From: Octopus bimaculoides
Taxonomy: Eukaryota
DNA length: 40,510 nucleotides
Direction: 5' to 3'
Assembly (NCBI RefSeq): GCF_001194135.2
Contig: NC_068989.1
Span: forward strand, 50,225,012-50,265,521
The translations under genes and the position numbers were made by a program. Shown here one piece after another: positions 22,249 through 34,998 of this stretch. The notes beneath the pieces are model-generated. The model saw nothing but the letters and a program-made list of their open reading frames with translations, was not told where the DNA came from and ran no database searches. Numbering within the stretch: the stretch's first letter is position 1; every line of letters starts with the position of its first letter.

Positions 22249-23764
22249 AAATCCAAATGAGAACAAAAGCAAGATCGGTAAAATTTTGAAAAGTCTTCAT
22301 AAAATTTGAAAACAACAATTAAAAGAAAGAGGCAAGAAAAAGTTAAGCACCTTGTTTCTGAACCGTTTAAATATTTTCTCGTTTTAGTTTTGTCATCTTT
22401 CTCCGTGTACCCTTCACATCTGTTCTACTTGTGACCTCGTTAGACAATAAAAATCCTTTCAAAAAGATAAAATATTACAAAGGAGTGTAACATTTTAAAT
22501 CCGACCCAAAAGAGGCAAAAAAAAAAACAACATAATTGCTGAACTCACAGACACATTCATAGATATCAAGCACGTTTCTTCATAAGCAGATACGTTCATT
22601 TCTAAGAAAAAAAAACAAAAAAACATTATGTCTATTATCAAATATTCACTTTTATATTGCACATCAATATAAATGAAAGGAATATTGATTTTTGACAATG
22701 GAACAAGGTCATACTCTGAGACAAAGAGTATAATGATGTAGTGTGCGAATCGAATTTTATTTTGTCGAGCTTGAAGAATTTGAACTCCAAGACGCCTATA
22801 TTGTATTATTAGTCCTGTTTATATGGGGAAAAAATGTATTACTTTAACCACCATTATTCTGGTTATTGTTAGTATGTAACGTGCGATAAATAGGTAAAGT
22901 GAAGCGAATAATTCACCGCTGTATGTAGAAAAGACGCTGGTGATATACTAAAATTTCATTTTTGTACATCTCTCATCTTGGTTCCATCGTGATGGAGACG
23001 GCTACTCAAATAGATGAACGTTTTATTCAAAGAGCTCTTAACCTTACCTGTCTGTTACGATAGAAAAATCGGAGAGAAGCCAAATAGCATGCTAGGTATT
23101 ACGGCAATGGCTTCCAAGGTATACATTCAGATTTGTTTTTTCCAGAATATTCTTACTGAATATTGTAATAACAGTTTTTTTTTCGTCGTTTACTTTTGCT
23201 AATAGGTATTGCGACGGTTAATAAATTTATGCCTACACCTTGTTCTTAGCATTTAGTTTTCCCAAGAATGCTAATGTAATTCGACTATCATAGTCATTTC
23301 TGAAATTCTTCCACGTTTTTATAGTGTTCTATTCTGTTTTGTTCACTCATCTATGTTTAGTTATTGACCCAATATAGCCTAAACGACAAGCAAAAAAATA
23401 ACAGGAATAAAAAAAGAAAAAAGAAACTCTACCTTCTTTTATTTAACATGTCGTTAAGTACTTGAGACTAAAGGGTATTAAATGGTTTGATATCATCAAT
23501 TGAGATAATGTAATGTCTACTCAATTAAGCTGGTTTCGTGACCTCATAATACAGTTAGTTGCTTCCACTGTTATCCGAAGAATTGATTATTCTAGCGCCA
23601 AAGGGAAAAGAACAAAAGTGTAGAACATAATTCATTGGGTAAACAAGCACATACGAGCATGAAGAAAGTTAACTGGAATTTATACGCTTAAACAGTGTAT
23701 ACATATGTAATATAAAATTCGTTAATACACACATGCAAACACAAACGGTCACAAACAAATCTAA

Positions 23765-24048
23765 ATAGAGAGAGAGAGAGAAAAGGAGAAAGAGTGAGAG
23801 AGAGAGCCGATAGAAAGAGAGAGGGAGTGGCATGTGTGCAGTTAGACAGATTGACGAAAGTTTGGAGTATAAAATTAAGGATAAGAGTACTGAATACATA
23901 ATATGTTGTTTGAATAAGGCAAGGACGTGTAGTTAAATGATACGGCACAAGAAGCTTCCGCATCTTCATATATATATGCAAAGAGGGAGAGAGAGAGANN
24001 NNNNNNNNNNNNNNNNNNNNNNNNNNNNNNNNNNNNNNNNNNNNNNNN

Positions 24049-24078
<30 letters not shown>
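23765..24078. repeat. (GA)n-rich microsatellite region spanning a gap
   Basis: Directly visible. Confidence 0.8.
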
Positions 24079-24081
<3 letters not shown>

Positions 24082-24289
24082 AAATGATGAGATCACGTGA
24101 ATCTCAATATGGAAAACACTTGCGGTGCTGAAATGATTTGAACCTACACTCCGATATGTTTACAGAAGACCAAGTGAGCGGAGTAGATCAATGATTCAAA
24201 TGAAGCGATAAAACCTTGAGTGGTAATGTACAAAAAGCTATATGTATATGTATACATGTAAAAAGAGGGTAGACTTACTTAAGAATCAA

Positions 24290-24370
<81 letters not shown>

Positions 24371-24565
24371 CGCGCGCACGCACGCGTGTGTCTGTGTCCA
24401 CATCTTAGCAACAAAGGTGGCTGATACAATAAGTACCAACCATCTAAAAGTAAAATGAGTGGTGGAGTGGTGGGGTCAATGCATTCGACTAAAAGTCCTG
24501 CAAGGCAGTACACCAGCATGGCCAAAGTCAAATGCCTGAAACAAGTGAACAAGTAAAAGAATAAA
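24290..24565 (+). mobile_element. SINE type A 3' half with an expanded central (TA)(TG)(CG) microsatellite
   Basis: After the repeat: aataagtacc..ggggtcaatgcattcgactaaa..cagcatggccaaagtcaaatgcctgaaacaag. Confidence 0.8.
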
Positions 24566-24604
24566 ATAATTAATGAATAGAATATGTATATATGTATGTA
24601 TGTA

Positions 24605-24646
<42 letters not shown>

Positions 24647-25120
24647 CACACACACATGCCTGCACGCATATATATCTCATATGATATCAAATTCATTGAC
24701 AACATTGTAAACTAAAAATAAAACTAGACAAATAAATTATCCCTGCAGGCGTACAAATATGATTTATTTTTTTCCAATATGTAGCCTTAGCCATAAATTC
24801 ATGGAATTGTAAAAATGAAAATAAAGAATAAGTTACTCTCCGCTAAAATCTACTGAATCAACAAGACACAGGACCACTCAAAAAGATAGGTAACAACATG
24901 GTGCAATCTAAACTGGAGGTATTTAGAATAAGTTATTTAGAACCCTAGAAAGTCTACAAAAAACTGTTAAATTTGGGGGCATTTCTACAATCGATTTTCT
25001 AGTACCTAACTGAAAGTGACTGTTTTCTTCTTAATTTCTAACTTCTACAGGTACAATATATGCATTTTGATTTCTTAAGCTTCTTTACATTTTTTTTACT
25101 TAACGCTAATATAAGCAGTA

Positions 25121-25451
25121 AAAGACCTCGTTCGGTCGTCAATGACCATGGGATTGCACCTAGAAAGTTACCTCACGCGGCACGATTCCGGGCAAAGTTG
25201 TTTATGAAGACCAGCTGTCGCCCATGCATATCACCCTCCCTTCTCTACGCCACCGATGTTATCCAAGGGAAAGGCAAAGGCCAATACAGTTTGGCACCAG
25301 TGACGTCGCAACTCCTTTCTACAGCTGAGTGAACTGGAACAATGTGAAATAAAGTGTCTTGCCCGAGAACACAGTACACACCCCGATCTGTGAATCGAAC
25401 TCACTACCTCAGGATTGTGATCCCGACGCTCTAATCATTGAGCTATGCGCC
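25121..25451 (-). mobile_element. SINE type C, full length, tail variant 2
   Basis: Head ggcgcatagctcaatgattagagcgtcggg..gagttcgattcac..gtgttctcgggcaagacactttatttcaca..cactcagctg is shared with 9221-9536. The 3' 200 nt are unrelated to that copy. Confidence 0.88.
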
Positions 25452-26399
25452 TTCATAAGCAATAACCCTAATTTTAACATAAGTTATGCAATAAAATCAC
25501 CCAGTCTTCAAGAAACCTTTTTAAAAAGTTCCTGCTGACTTGCAGAACCACGTTTCATTTCAGTTTGGGCAACATAACCATGTTCTCGCGACTCCGGCTC
25601 ATCTGCACAGTGTTCTATATGGCTAGCACTGAAAGGCGTCGTTGTTTCTGAATATGATGGATGGTACCATATATATCAAATACATTGATAATGTATTTAA
25701 CGAGACTCGCATGCTATAAGAGGATTACCATATACTTGTAAAATGGGAAGAGGTCCGTTTCCTTAACAGTTCGTCTTATAAGCCGGAAAACACCATACAT
25801 TTCTGGTACTGTCCTTCTTCAAGAGAGACTGAAGTCTCCCCACACGAAAAACGAGACTCTTATTTACTTTTTAACGTTAAAACAAATGCATAATTTTACT
25901 TTATTCTTTATACTATGTTCCACGCCAATTTATATGAAAATAAATCGCGGCAACTATTAGGCAGACTGCAATCATATCAATTTGTGCAGTACGGTTTGCT
26001 ATAGAGGCAGATGACACACAATGTTTCTAAAACATTTTCAGTAAATGCGAAAAGCACGAACGTAAAGCAGCGATTTATATGAGTTATTGGGAATTTTGCT
26101 GTTGGTTTTCTTCATTATCGTAATAGTGAAAGTTTATTGAACCGTACTTATGACTTATTGGGTTCTGTGCTGGTGTCTGATAAAGGTTTAATTTGTATTG
26201 GAGACTTATTAATGACTGAGCTATCCGTGGTCAAAGAAGAAATCATATTGTGTATTTAGTGTTGCGGTGATGAATCTCTGTCAGAAGAGATGCACATTGG
26301 TTTCAATATTACTCTTATGTTTGCTATTTTATCTATTTATCAATTGATTTCTTCTTTGCTTGGTCGGTTCATTGAAAACGTAAAGAAGGCAATGCGTAT

Positions 26400-26466
26400 G
26401 CATACACACACACACATACATACACATATACATACATGCATAGACACATATATATCTATAGGTATA

Positions 26467-26519
<53 letters not shown>

Positions 26520-26673
26520 ATTAATGTATTTGTATACATACACTCACGCATATATATACATATATACTCAAAGACAAACACACACCCACTCACATATAAA
26601 TATATACTATATGACATAATATTTCTATGGATATATGTACGCATGTATATGCATATAACATATGTATATATGT

Positions 26674-26713
<40 letters not shown>

Positions 26714-26850
26714 TAATATATTGATAGATATATACCCACATACTAACAGATATATACTCACATATGTGTGCTATGTGTGTGTGGGGGGGCGTACGTGCGT
26801 GATTGTGTGTATGTGTGTGTGGTTGTGTGTTTTTGTGTGTGACTGTGTGC
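26400..26850. repeat. Compound (CA)/(TA)/(TG) microsatellite block
   Basis: Directly visible. Confidence 0.9.
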
Positions 26851-27501
26851 ATGTGTGTAGTGAAAAGAGAGGAGATAAATGAGAGAGACAGTAGTACAAA
26901 CACACATCATACGGCAGACAAGGACATCTGTATAATTTGAATGTAGAAGTGCAGAGATTAGAAGTAAAGTACACATAAATTGAATATATGTTCACCTTCA
27001 AATACGAGATAGGAAGGATAGTTAATGAAAGAACACAGTCGTATATACGCACAACTATGAAAACCGAAACAAATACACTCAGAGACAAGCTTAACTCCGC
27101 CCCCTCCATACACACACACACACACACATTAAGCAGAGCATCGAGAAATGTGACAACTGGAAGGAGAGAGATCTGTACAAGTAGTAAATTAGTACTCATT
27201 CACATTTTGGTACACTCGAATGCACACAATCACACGTATCTGTGTTCGCTATACAGTGCCAGAGAATATATCTATATATTGATTTTTAAACAATATTTGA
27301 TATTATAGATAAAATATACAACATTCGATAAGCTTATATACAACATAGAATAACTTTATGGCCAGTAAGAGAGATCAGTTGCACTCGTAGTTTCTCTGCT
27401 TTATTGGGATTTCATTAATGATCAAAATCTTTTTTAGAACAGCACTTCTTTTAGACGAATCATTATTGCGATTTTAAGTAAATCGGAGTGACCAAGATGC
27501 G

Positions 27502-27544
<43 letters not shown>

Positions 27545-29100
27545 CAAACACACACACACACACACACATATAGCGTATTCTTGGACGCTTGGTCGCATTA
27601 GCTGTGTTTCAATCCTATTTCGTAGTAGAACATATATATCTATTGACTTTAGGTCAACAGTAACAGACGGAGGCAAACAACTCTACTTTGCAATACCTTA
27701 CTGATCACGAAAACATAAAATATCACTATTTAAATTGTCTAATGTTATATTAACGGGTAGCATACTGTATTTGCTATCCTATCGATTAAAAACATTCTGT
27801 AAACTAAAAATCCCGTTTGCAGACACTTTACATCCACACTCCTGAGCTTTACTCTTCTATTATTTTAAGGCACATTTTTCATTGAGTTACACCAATTCTA
27901 CAGACTGTTGGATTGGGGTATGTATGTCAGTTCATGTTGAACATATTTGATAGAAAGAAATGATAGAATTAAGGTGAATCTATTTTTGTATAATTGCATG
28001 TATAATTTGGACAGTGCTAGTCGATTTCGATTCACGTCTGAACTGAACTGAATTCTGCTCTCGTAATGCTATATCTCTACTCTCGAAATAAATAATTTTC
28101 ATATCACAATTATAATTCTTTGTTCATGAATCGACATTTTTGAAGAAACCTTCGTAGAGATGCATCGTTGCTGTAGATGAAGAAATCACTTTAGTTCTCA
28201 CTGAGCTGAGACGTATCAGCGAAACGCCTTTCATAACTCACTTCTGGCAGTTTTAATTTCAGAATATGTAGAATATTACTAGAATTTATCTTCTTCGTAA
28301 TATTGTCCTCCATTTATTTTATCTCTCTGTTATACAGGCTGTGTGGCAAATAGTTTACCGTCACACTGTAATATTCAGTTGGTTTCAGTCTGAGCTAAGA
28401 TTCTGCCTGTAGATAATTTGGATTTCAAACGTGAAGGTGGGTAATATAAGTACCAGGTACTACTGGACCACGTTTATCAAATGCAACCTTCACCAACGAA
28501 TTAGTTCTTCACGTTAATGAAAGAATTTATTAGTAATTTTCTAGCTATATCTTCAATACAAATTTTGCCGATATTTATATATTCCCAGATGGCATCGCTT
28601 TACATATGATTGCCAACTTCTGTCTATTTTCCAATATTTGAAAAACTTAAATGTTTTCACGAGTCATTATTATTCTAGTTTTTAGTATATTATTCGAAGC
28701 CTTGTGGAACACATAATGTTTGTAATGGAGGTAGACAACAAAATTAAAATGACAAAAATGACAAGAATTTATGCAGATAGTACTAATGATTTTCGAGAAG
28801 GAACTAAAGAAAAAAAATATTACGCTTGACACACTTGGCACAACTTCCTCGTTATATTTTTGGATGATTCTCACAGAAGCTGCATTATTTTTCTGTCTAG
28901 ACATTGAAATACATAGATAAGATTGTCTGAAATAGTTAACATAAATTTCTACCTGGAGTTTGAGAAAATTGAATTATATATGATATTTGGCATTGCAAAT
29001 GTGCTAATAGAATATTTTTAATTATTGGAAATGTATTAATTATCTGACAATAAATATTTTGCGGACGCTATTGTCAGTCTAATTGTAGTTTGAATGAGTT

Positions 29101-29222
29101 TCTTTGCCTTTCATCCTTTCGGGGTCGATAAATTAAGTACCAGTTGCGTACTGGAGGGTGATCTAATCGACTGGTCCCCTCCTCCAACATTTCAGGTCTT
29201 GTGCCTATAATAGAAAGGATTA
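29101..29222 (+). mobile_element. SINE type B 3' half
   Basis: Inverse match to 5230-5345. Confidence 0.9.
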
Positions 29223-29464
29223 TAAAGATCGCGAGCAGCACTGACACTCTTAGCAAAGACAAAATATGTTACCATCATATTTCAAGTCAAGTCTCGGGAA
29301 TATTACATTCCTTATCATTCAACAACAAACTAATGATATCCTGTTTCGTATGATGTATGAAGTTTGATGGCACGTAGCGGAGCAGGAAGGCATACGGGCA
29401 GATGGTTTTGTGGCAAATTTACAACAAATTTAAAAGAAAGAGATCGTAAAATAAACTTTCATGC

Positions 29465-29471
29465 GTATACA

Positions 29472-29505
<34 letters not shown>

Positions 29506-29555
29506 CATACATACATATATGCACACATACGTACATACATGCATACATACATACT
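29465..29555. repeat. (CATA)n microsatellite; a complementary (TATG)n block lies at 29946-30057
   Basis: Directly visible. Confidence 0.92.
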
Positions 29556-29945
29556 TGGGATATGTAACACACTGCCTAAATACCAATATTAAGAAATTAG
29601 GTTTCTCAAAACCAGAAACGAGAAAGCTGATTCGAATACTACATATCCATTACTGGAACTGTAAAAGTCTGTAAAACTTTCCAGAATTTTATTCTTTAAA
29701 TATATATGAGCACGTCTAGATATGCATCTATAGGCATGAGAATACATACATAAAACAAAACATGGAAATCTTCACATATACATACATGCAAACATGCATG
29801 CATACATACCTATATACAAAAATATTCTGTTGTTGATGTTGAAATTTCAATGAAGGAGCCTTGAATCTTGGTTAGAAACAGACCCTTTCTCTATTGGTAA
29901 GAGATCTTGAAGTAAAACCGAATAATAACATACATGCATACGTAA

Positions 29946-29976
<31 letters not shown>

Positions 29977-30600
29977 TGTATGTATATATGTATGTATGTA
30001 TGTATGTATGCATGTATGTATGTATGTATGTAAGTATGTATGTATGCTTGTATGTATAAACATATATATTAACGTATAGACAAACATAAAACATATATAT
30101 TTACTCAAAAGTCCCTTCAACATTAATAAAAATTTGCTCGAAACCAAAGCTGAGCTTCTAAATGTATATCTCGTTTTCCGTCCTCTATATTTCCTTCAGA
30201 TCTCTGACATTCACACCAGTATTCACTCACCTCTTCACTGCACTTATTTTTCCAAGCGGACCCCAGTGCTTCAGCTGATGAGTGTTACTGATCAAAAATT
30301 CCATACCTCAAATAGTCAATCAGAATATTATAGATACACGTTCAGTTGACCGTTGTGATAATACATCGAAATATTTCTTACAGTGTAAGTGTAATGTCCA
30401 GACTCTTGTTGCAACCTTACTTTGTTTGACTGTTGCCGTTGCTGGGTGAATTCATTAAACACACTACGATGATCAAGCATTGCCAATGTCGAAAGCCTGA
30501 AGACATATTTTATTAAAGTGCTTGCTGAGTGTTTGAAACATATCATTCTTAGTTATATAATCTTAGACTATCTTTTCCTTAAAGGGTTAATGCACACGGA

Positions 30601-30634
<34 letters not shown>

Positions 30635-30766
30635 NNNNNNNNNNNNNNNNNNNNNNNNNNNNNNNNNNNNNNNNNNNNNNNNNNNNNNNNNNNNNNNNNN
30701 NNNNNNNNNNNNNNNNNNNNNNNNNNNNNNNNNNNNNNNNNNNNNNNNNNNNNNNNNNNNNNNNNN

Positions 30767-30804
<38 letters not shown>

Positions 30805-31715
30805 TATATATATTGATAAGAAAGAATTCTCTGCAACCTGAAGAGGATTCTTGAGCCACAAATTTAAGCAATTATTTGTCACTGTTTATTACATTTTGTC
30901 GTTTTGTGGCTTCTATAATGTTACTTTGATAACTGTTGTACGGTCTGCAGGCACTCAAAATAAGCTGCTCATTTCACATTCTACAATAAAACTCTAAGAG
31001 GGAAATATTCAGATTCTTTACAATGGCTAGTAAATATTCTAGGTGCAATTTTTCGGGAACTGCGAAATCATGGTAGCCACTATGCACCCTTCTTCTCACA
31101 AGGATAATTATATATAAAGGGCATACAAAGCAGCCTACGTAGCCGCCAATGTTCTTTCCGATAGGGTAACGCTTCAAGTATGAAGTTTCTTTTATTGCGT
31201 AGCAGTTTCTAGTGCTTCTCACTCATATTATTCATATTATTCAGTGCAATCAAACTCTGTTCGCTTGTGCAAATAAAACCATCATCTGTATTTTTATATA
31301 TAGGATGTATTATTGTAGGATATATTTTAGTGTATCTATGTGTCTGAATGATTACTACCTTCCACTAAAATGCAAACATCGGTAACACATATATACATAC
31401 ATATGTACAAACGTACATACATATATGCAGACACATATGTGTGTATATATATATATATATATATGTATGTAAATATGTATTTATGTATGTATGTAGGTAT
31501 GTATTATGCATGTATGTATGTATATACACATTTATATATGCAGTGGCGGACTGCCCAGGTTGTGAGCTTGCCCGATGGCAAGTGGGCCCTTTAAGACATT
31601 AGAGAGCATATGTGGCCCAAGCTAGCATGTACGGGACCCAAGCAATCAGAACTTTGCTTTCAAAGAAATTATCTGAAGTCTTAGAGAAAGAATAAAAAAA
31701 CAAAAAACAAATACG

Positions 31716-31748
<33 letters not shown>

Positions 31749-31775
31749 NNNNNNNNNNNNNNNNNNNNNNNNNNN

Positions 31776-31833
<58 letters not shown>

Positions 31834-31984
31834 TGTGTGTGTGTGTGTATGTATACATTAATATGTATATGAATTTAATTACATTTTATCAACCCTGACT
31901 AATTGTCTGCTGTATCGTACATTTTGATTTCTATTAATTCCCTAGGGAATTATTTGACCAACTGGTTTGCTTAATTGTTTTATT

Positions 31985-32545
31985 TGCTTTTGTTTTCTCA
32001 GGCAGCTTCAAGAAATGTACACTTTATGTAACATTTGTCGAAAGCTTTCGATACTTTGAGCAGGAAAGGTCTGTGGCAGTTCCTAAACCAACCTGGCTGT
32101 CCCACAAAGTTCCTAACCATGATCATCCAGCTCCACGAAGACGGCGTGAAACAGGGCTGTGTTCTGGCACCAACACTCTTCAGCATCTTCTTCAGCATGA
32201 TGCTCAAGCAGGCCACTGCAGACATGGACGCTGAAGACGGTGCCTACATCAGGTACCCTCTTGATGGCTGTCTTTTCAAACTCCGGCGCCTACAGGCCCT
32301 CACCGAGACTCAAGAGCAACTGATCCAGGACCTTCTCTTTGAAGATAATGCCGCACGTGTCGCATACACAGAAAGGGCCCTTCAGGAAGAGTATAGCCCG
32401 TCCCATTGCCGAAACAGAACTGAAGTCGGTAGAGCAGTTCACTTATCTTGGATGTACCATCTCATCAGATGCGAGTATTAACAAAGCAATTGACAACAAA
32501 CTTTCAAAGGCAAACAAAGCATTTGGCATAGTGTACAAGCGTCTT
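31985..32545 (+). mobile_element. RTE (BovB-like) LINE reverse-transcriptase fragment with several internal deletions
   Basis: LRQLQE..SKAFDTLSRKGLWQFL..GCPTKFLTMIIQLHED/GVKQGCVLAPTLFSIFFSMML..DLLFEDNAA..ELKSVEQFTYLGCTISSDASINKAIDNKLSKANKAFG matches RTE RT motifs. The FADD motif is degenerated to FEDN. Confidence 0.93.
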
Positions 32546-32704
32546 AATTTTAGCACCTATACCTAGATACAACTCATTCAACAAGAACTCACTACTTGAA
32601 TGGACCATGATACAACAAAACTTGGCTTAAAAAGGATTTAGATAATCCTATCAGGAGGTGCTATTAAGTTAGACATGGTCTGGACCAATCTTTGGTCGAA
32701 ACAT

Positions 32705-32792
32705 ATCTAACATACACACATACGTATGTACGTACATACATACATACATACATACATACATACATACATACACATATACACACACACACACG

Positions 32793-32829
<37 letters not shown>

Positions 32830-32890
32830 GCATATGTATGTATGAGCATGTATACATGTGTGGGCATTCTTGTGTGTATACACATACATT
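32705..32890. repeat. Compound (CATA)n/(CA)n/(TA)n microsatellite
   Basis: Directly visible. Confidence 0.92.
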
Positions 32891-34295
32891 AATTACATTC
32901 AGTTCTTTATTATTATAATCAGTGAAATCATGATAAATGAAAATTATACAAATGTGCAGCCTATTCTTATTGATTTTTTAGTACACATACATGCACACAC
33001 GCGCGCGCACACACGCACTCACATGCAAAAACAGGCATACATATATATACAGAGAGAAAGAGAAAGATACAGAGTAAGGGAGGGGGAGAGAGGAGAACTG
33101 TGGGAGAGACATACATATACACACGTATCACTGTGTAAATTCTGTGTGTTAAATATATCGGTAAATTGATCCTCGTGCAACTTATCGGCAGTGTAAATAC
33201 ACCGGTAAACATTATTTCCAATACTTATTCATTGAATAAAAATGTTATATTTTATTATATAATTGATGTTAATACAAACAAAATTCAAAATATAGTTCAC
33301 GATTTATGTGCATGTGGTTGTGTATGTGTATCTGCCTGCTTGTGTATANNNNNNNNNNNNNNNNNNNNNNNNNNNNNNNNNNNNNNNNNNNNNNNNNNNN
33401 NNNNNNNNNNNNNNNNNNNNNNNNNNNNNNNNNNNNNNNNNNNNNNNNNNNNNNNNNNNNNNNNNNNNNNNNNNNNNNNNNNNNNNNNNNNNNNNNNNNN
33501 NNNNNNNNNNNNNNNNNNNNNNNNNNNNNNNNNNNNNNNNNNNNNNNNNNNNNNNNNNNNNNNNNNNNNNNNNNNNNNNNNNNNNNNNNNNNNNNNNNNN
33601 NNNNNNNNNNNNNNNNNNNNNNNNNNNNNNNNNNNNNNNNNNNNNNNNNNNNNNNNNNNNNNNNNNNNNNNNNNNNNNNNNNNNNNNNNNNNNNNNNNNN
33701 NNNNNNNNNNNNNNNNNNNNNNNNNNNNNNNNNNNNNNNNNNNNNNNNNNNNNNNNNNNNNNNNNNNNNNNNNNNNNNNNNNNNNNNNNNNNNNNNNNNN
33801 NNNNNNNNNNNNNNNNNNNNNNNNNNNNNNNNNNNNNNNNNNNNNNNNNNNNNNNNNNNNNNNNNNNNNNNNNNNNNNNNNNNNNNNNNNNNNNNNNNNN
33901 NNNNNNNNNNNNNNNNNNNNNNNNNNNNNNNNNNNNNNNNNNNNNNNNNNNNNNNNNNNNNNNNNNNNNNNNNNNNNNNNNNNNNNNNNNNNNNNNNNNN
34001 NNNNNNNNNNNNNNNNNNNNNNNNNNNNNNNNNNNNNNNNNNNNNNNNNNNNNNNNNNNNNNNNNNNNNNNNNNNNNNNNNNNNNNNNNNNNNNNNNNNN
34101 NNNNNNNNNNNNNNNNNNNNNNNNNNNNNNNNNNNNNNNNNNNNNNNNNNNNNNNNNNNNNNNNNNNNNNNNNNNNNNNNNNNNNNNNNNNNNNNNNNNN
34201 NNNNNNNNNNNNNNNNNNNNNNNNNNNCAAAAACAACATATCCGTAGACACACACACACACAGACACACAGACACACACACACACATGCACACTT

Positions 34296-34447
34296 ATACG
34301 AAAAGTTTCTTTCTGTTTTCCTCTGCCAAATCTGCTGGCAGGACTATGGTCGACCCGAGGCTATAGTAGAAGTCACTTACCTAAGTTTCCACGCGGTGGG
34401 ACTGAACCAGGAACCATGTGGTTGGAAAGCAAGCTGCTTACCACACA
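34296..34447 (-). mobile_element. SINE type A 5' half; the tail is presumably in the adjacent gap
   Basis: Matches 3690-3840. Confidence 0.85.
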
Positions 34448-34830
34448 TTTCCTTCGCAAAACGTGAAGTTAAAAAACCCCCAAAATATTTAATTCACTGT
34501 TAAACGTTTGTAAGGGAACATGAGAGTATAATAATCGTTTTTAGGAGAAAAACAGTTACGAGCAGGTGTTTCTGCTTCAAACTGAAAGGACTGTCATACC
34601 ATTGCACTTCTAGAGTATATGCAGTGTAATCTATATAATCAAAACGATAATGAGACCAGATGAACGAACTGAAACCATTAGTGGGATTTATGTTATTAAT
34701 ACATACAAAATTATGTCATTACGTTTTAACATTTTGTCTTTTCGTTTCTGCGTTTTTGTGTCTCCGAACGAGACCCGAAAACACAGGAGCATAAAAGCAG
34801 ACACATACACATGCATAGTGCTGACAGAAC

Positions 34831-34989
34831 TGTGTGATTTATGAGTTCAGTTGGCCGCAACAATGTTTCCATTTCGGTCCTACTGCACGTTACGTCAGGC
34901 AAGTGACTTCCGCTAAAGCTCTGAGCCGACCAATGCCTTGTGAGTCAACTAGGTAGACAGAAACGGCGTGGAAGCTCGTTTTCTATATA
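34831..34989 (+). mobile_element. Degenerate SINE type A 5' half
   Basis: ggcaagtgacttc..gccgaccaatgccttgtgagt..ggtagacagaaac matches the type A head/core. Confidence 0.7.
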
Positions 34990-34998
34990 TTCTTTTAG

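Noticed and set aside
25770-25800. cgtcttataagccggaaaacaccata resembling a pogo/Tigger-type terminus
   Set aside because: No partner end or transposase sequence was found nearby, so it cannot be supported.
28195-28235. gctga-gacgta-tcagc-gaaacg resembles hammerhead stem II plus GAAA
   Set aside because: The upstream CTGANGA core is not intact and no stem III can be formed.
28827-28899. Minus-strand exon-like segment QKNNAASVRIIQKYNEEVVPSVSS
   Set aside because: Splice sites are mediocre and no homolog is recognised, so it is indistinguishable from chance in AT-rich DNA.
30578-30590. aagggttaa (also agaggttaa at ~36313 and ttaaccctt at ~11644) resembling piggyBac ends
   Set aside because: The matches are too short, with no paired TIRs or internal homology.
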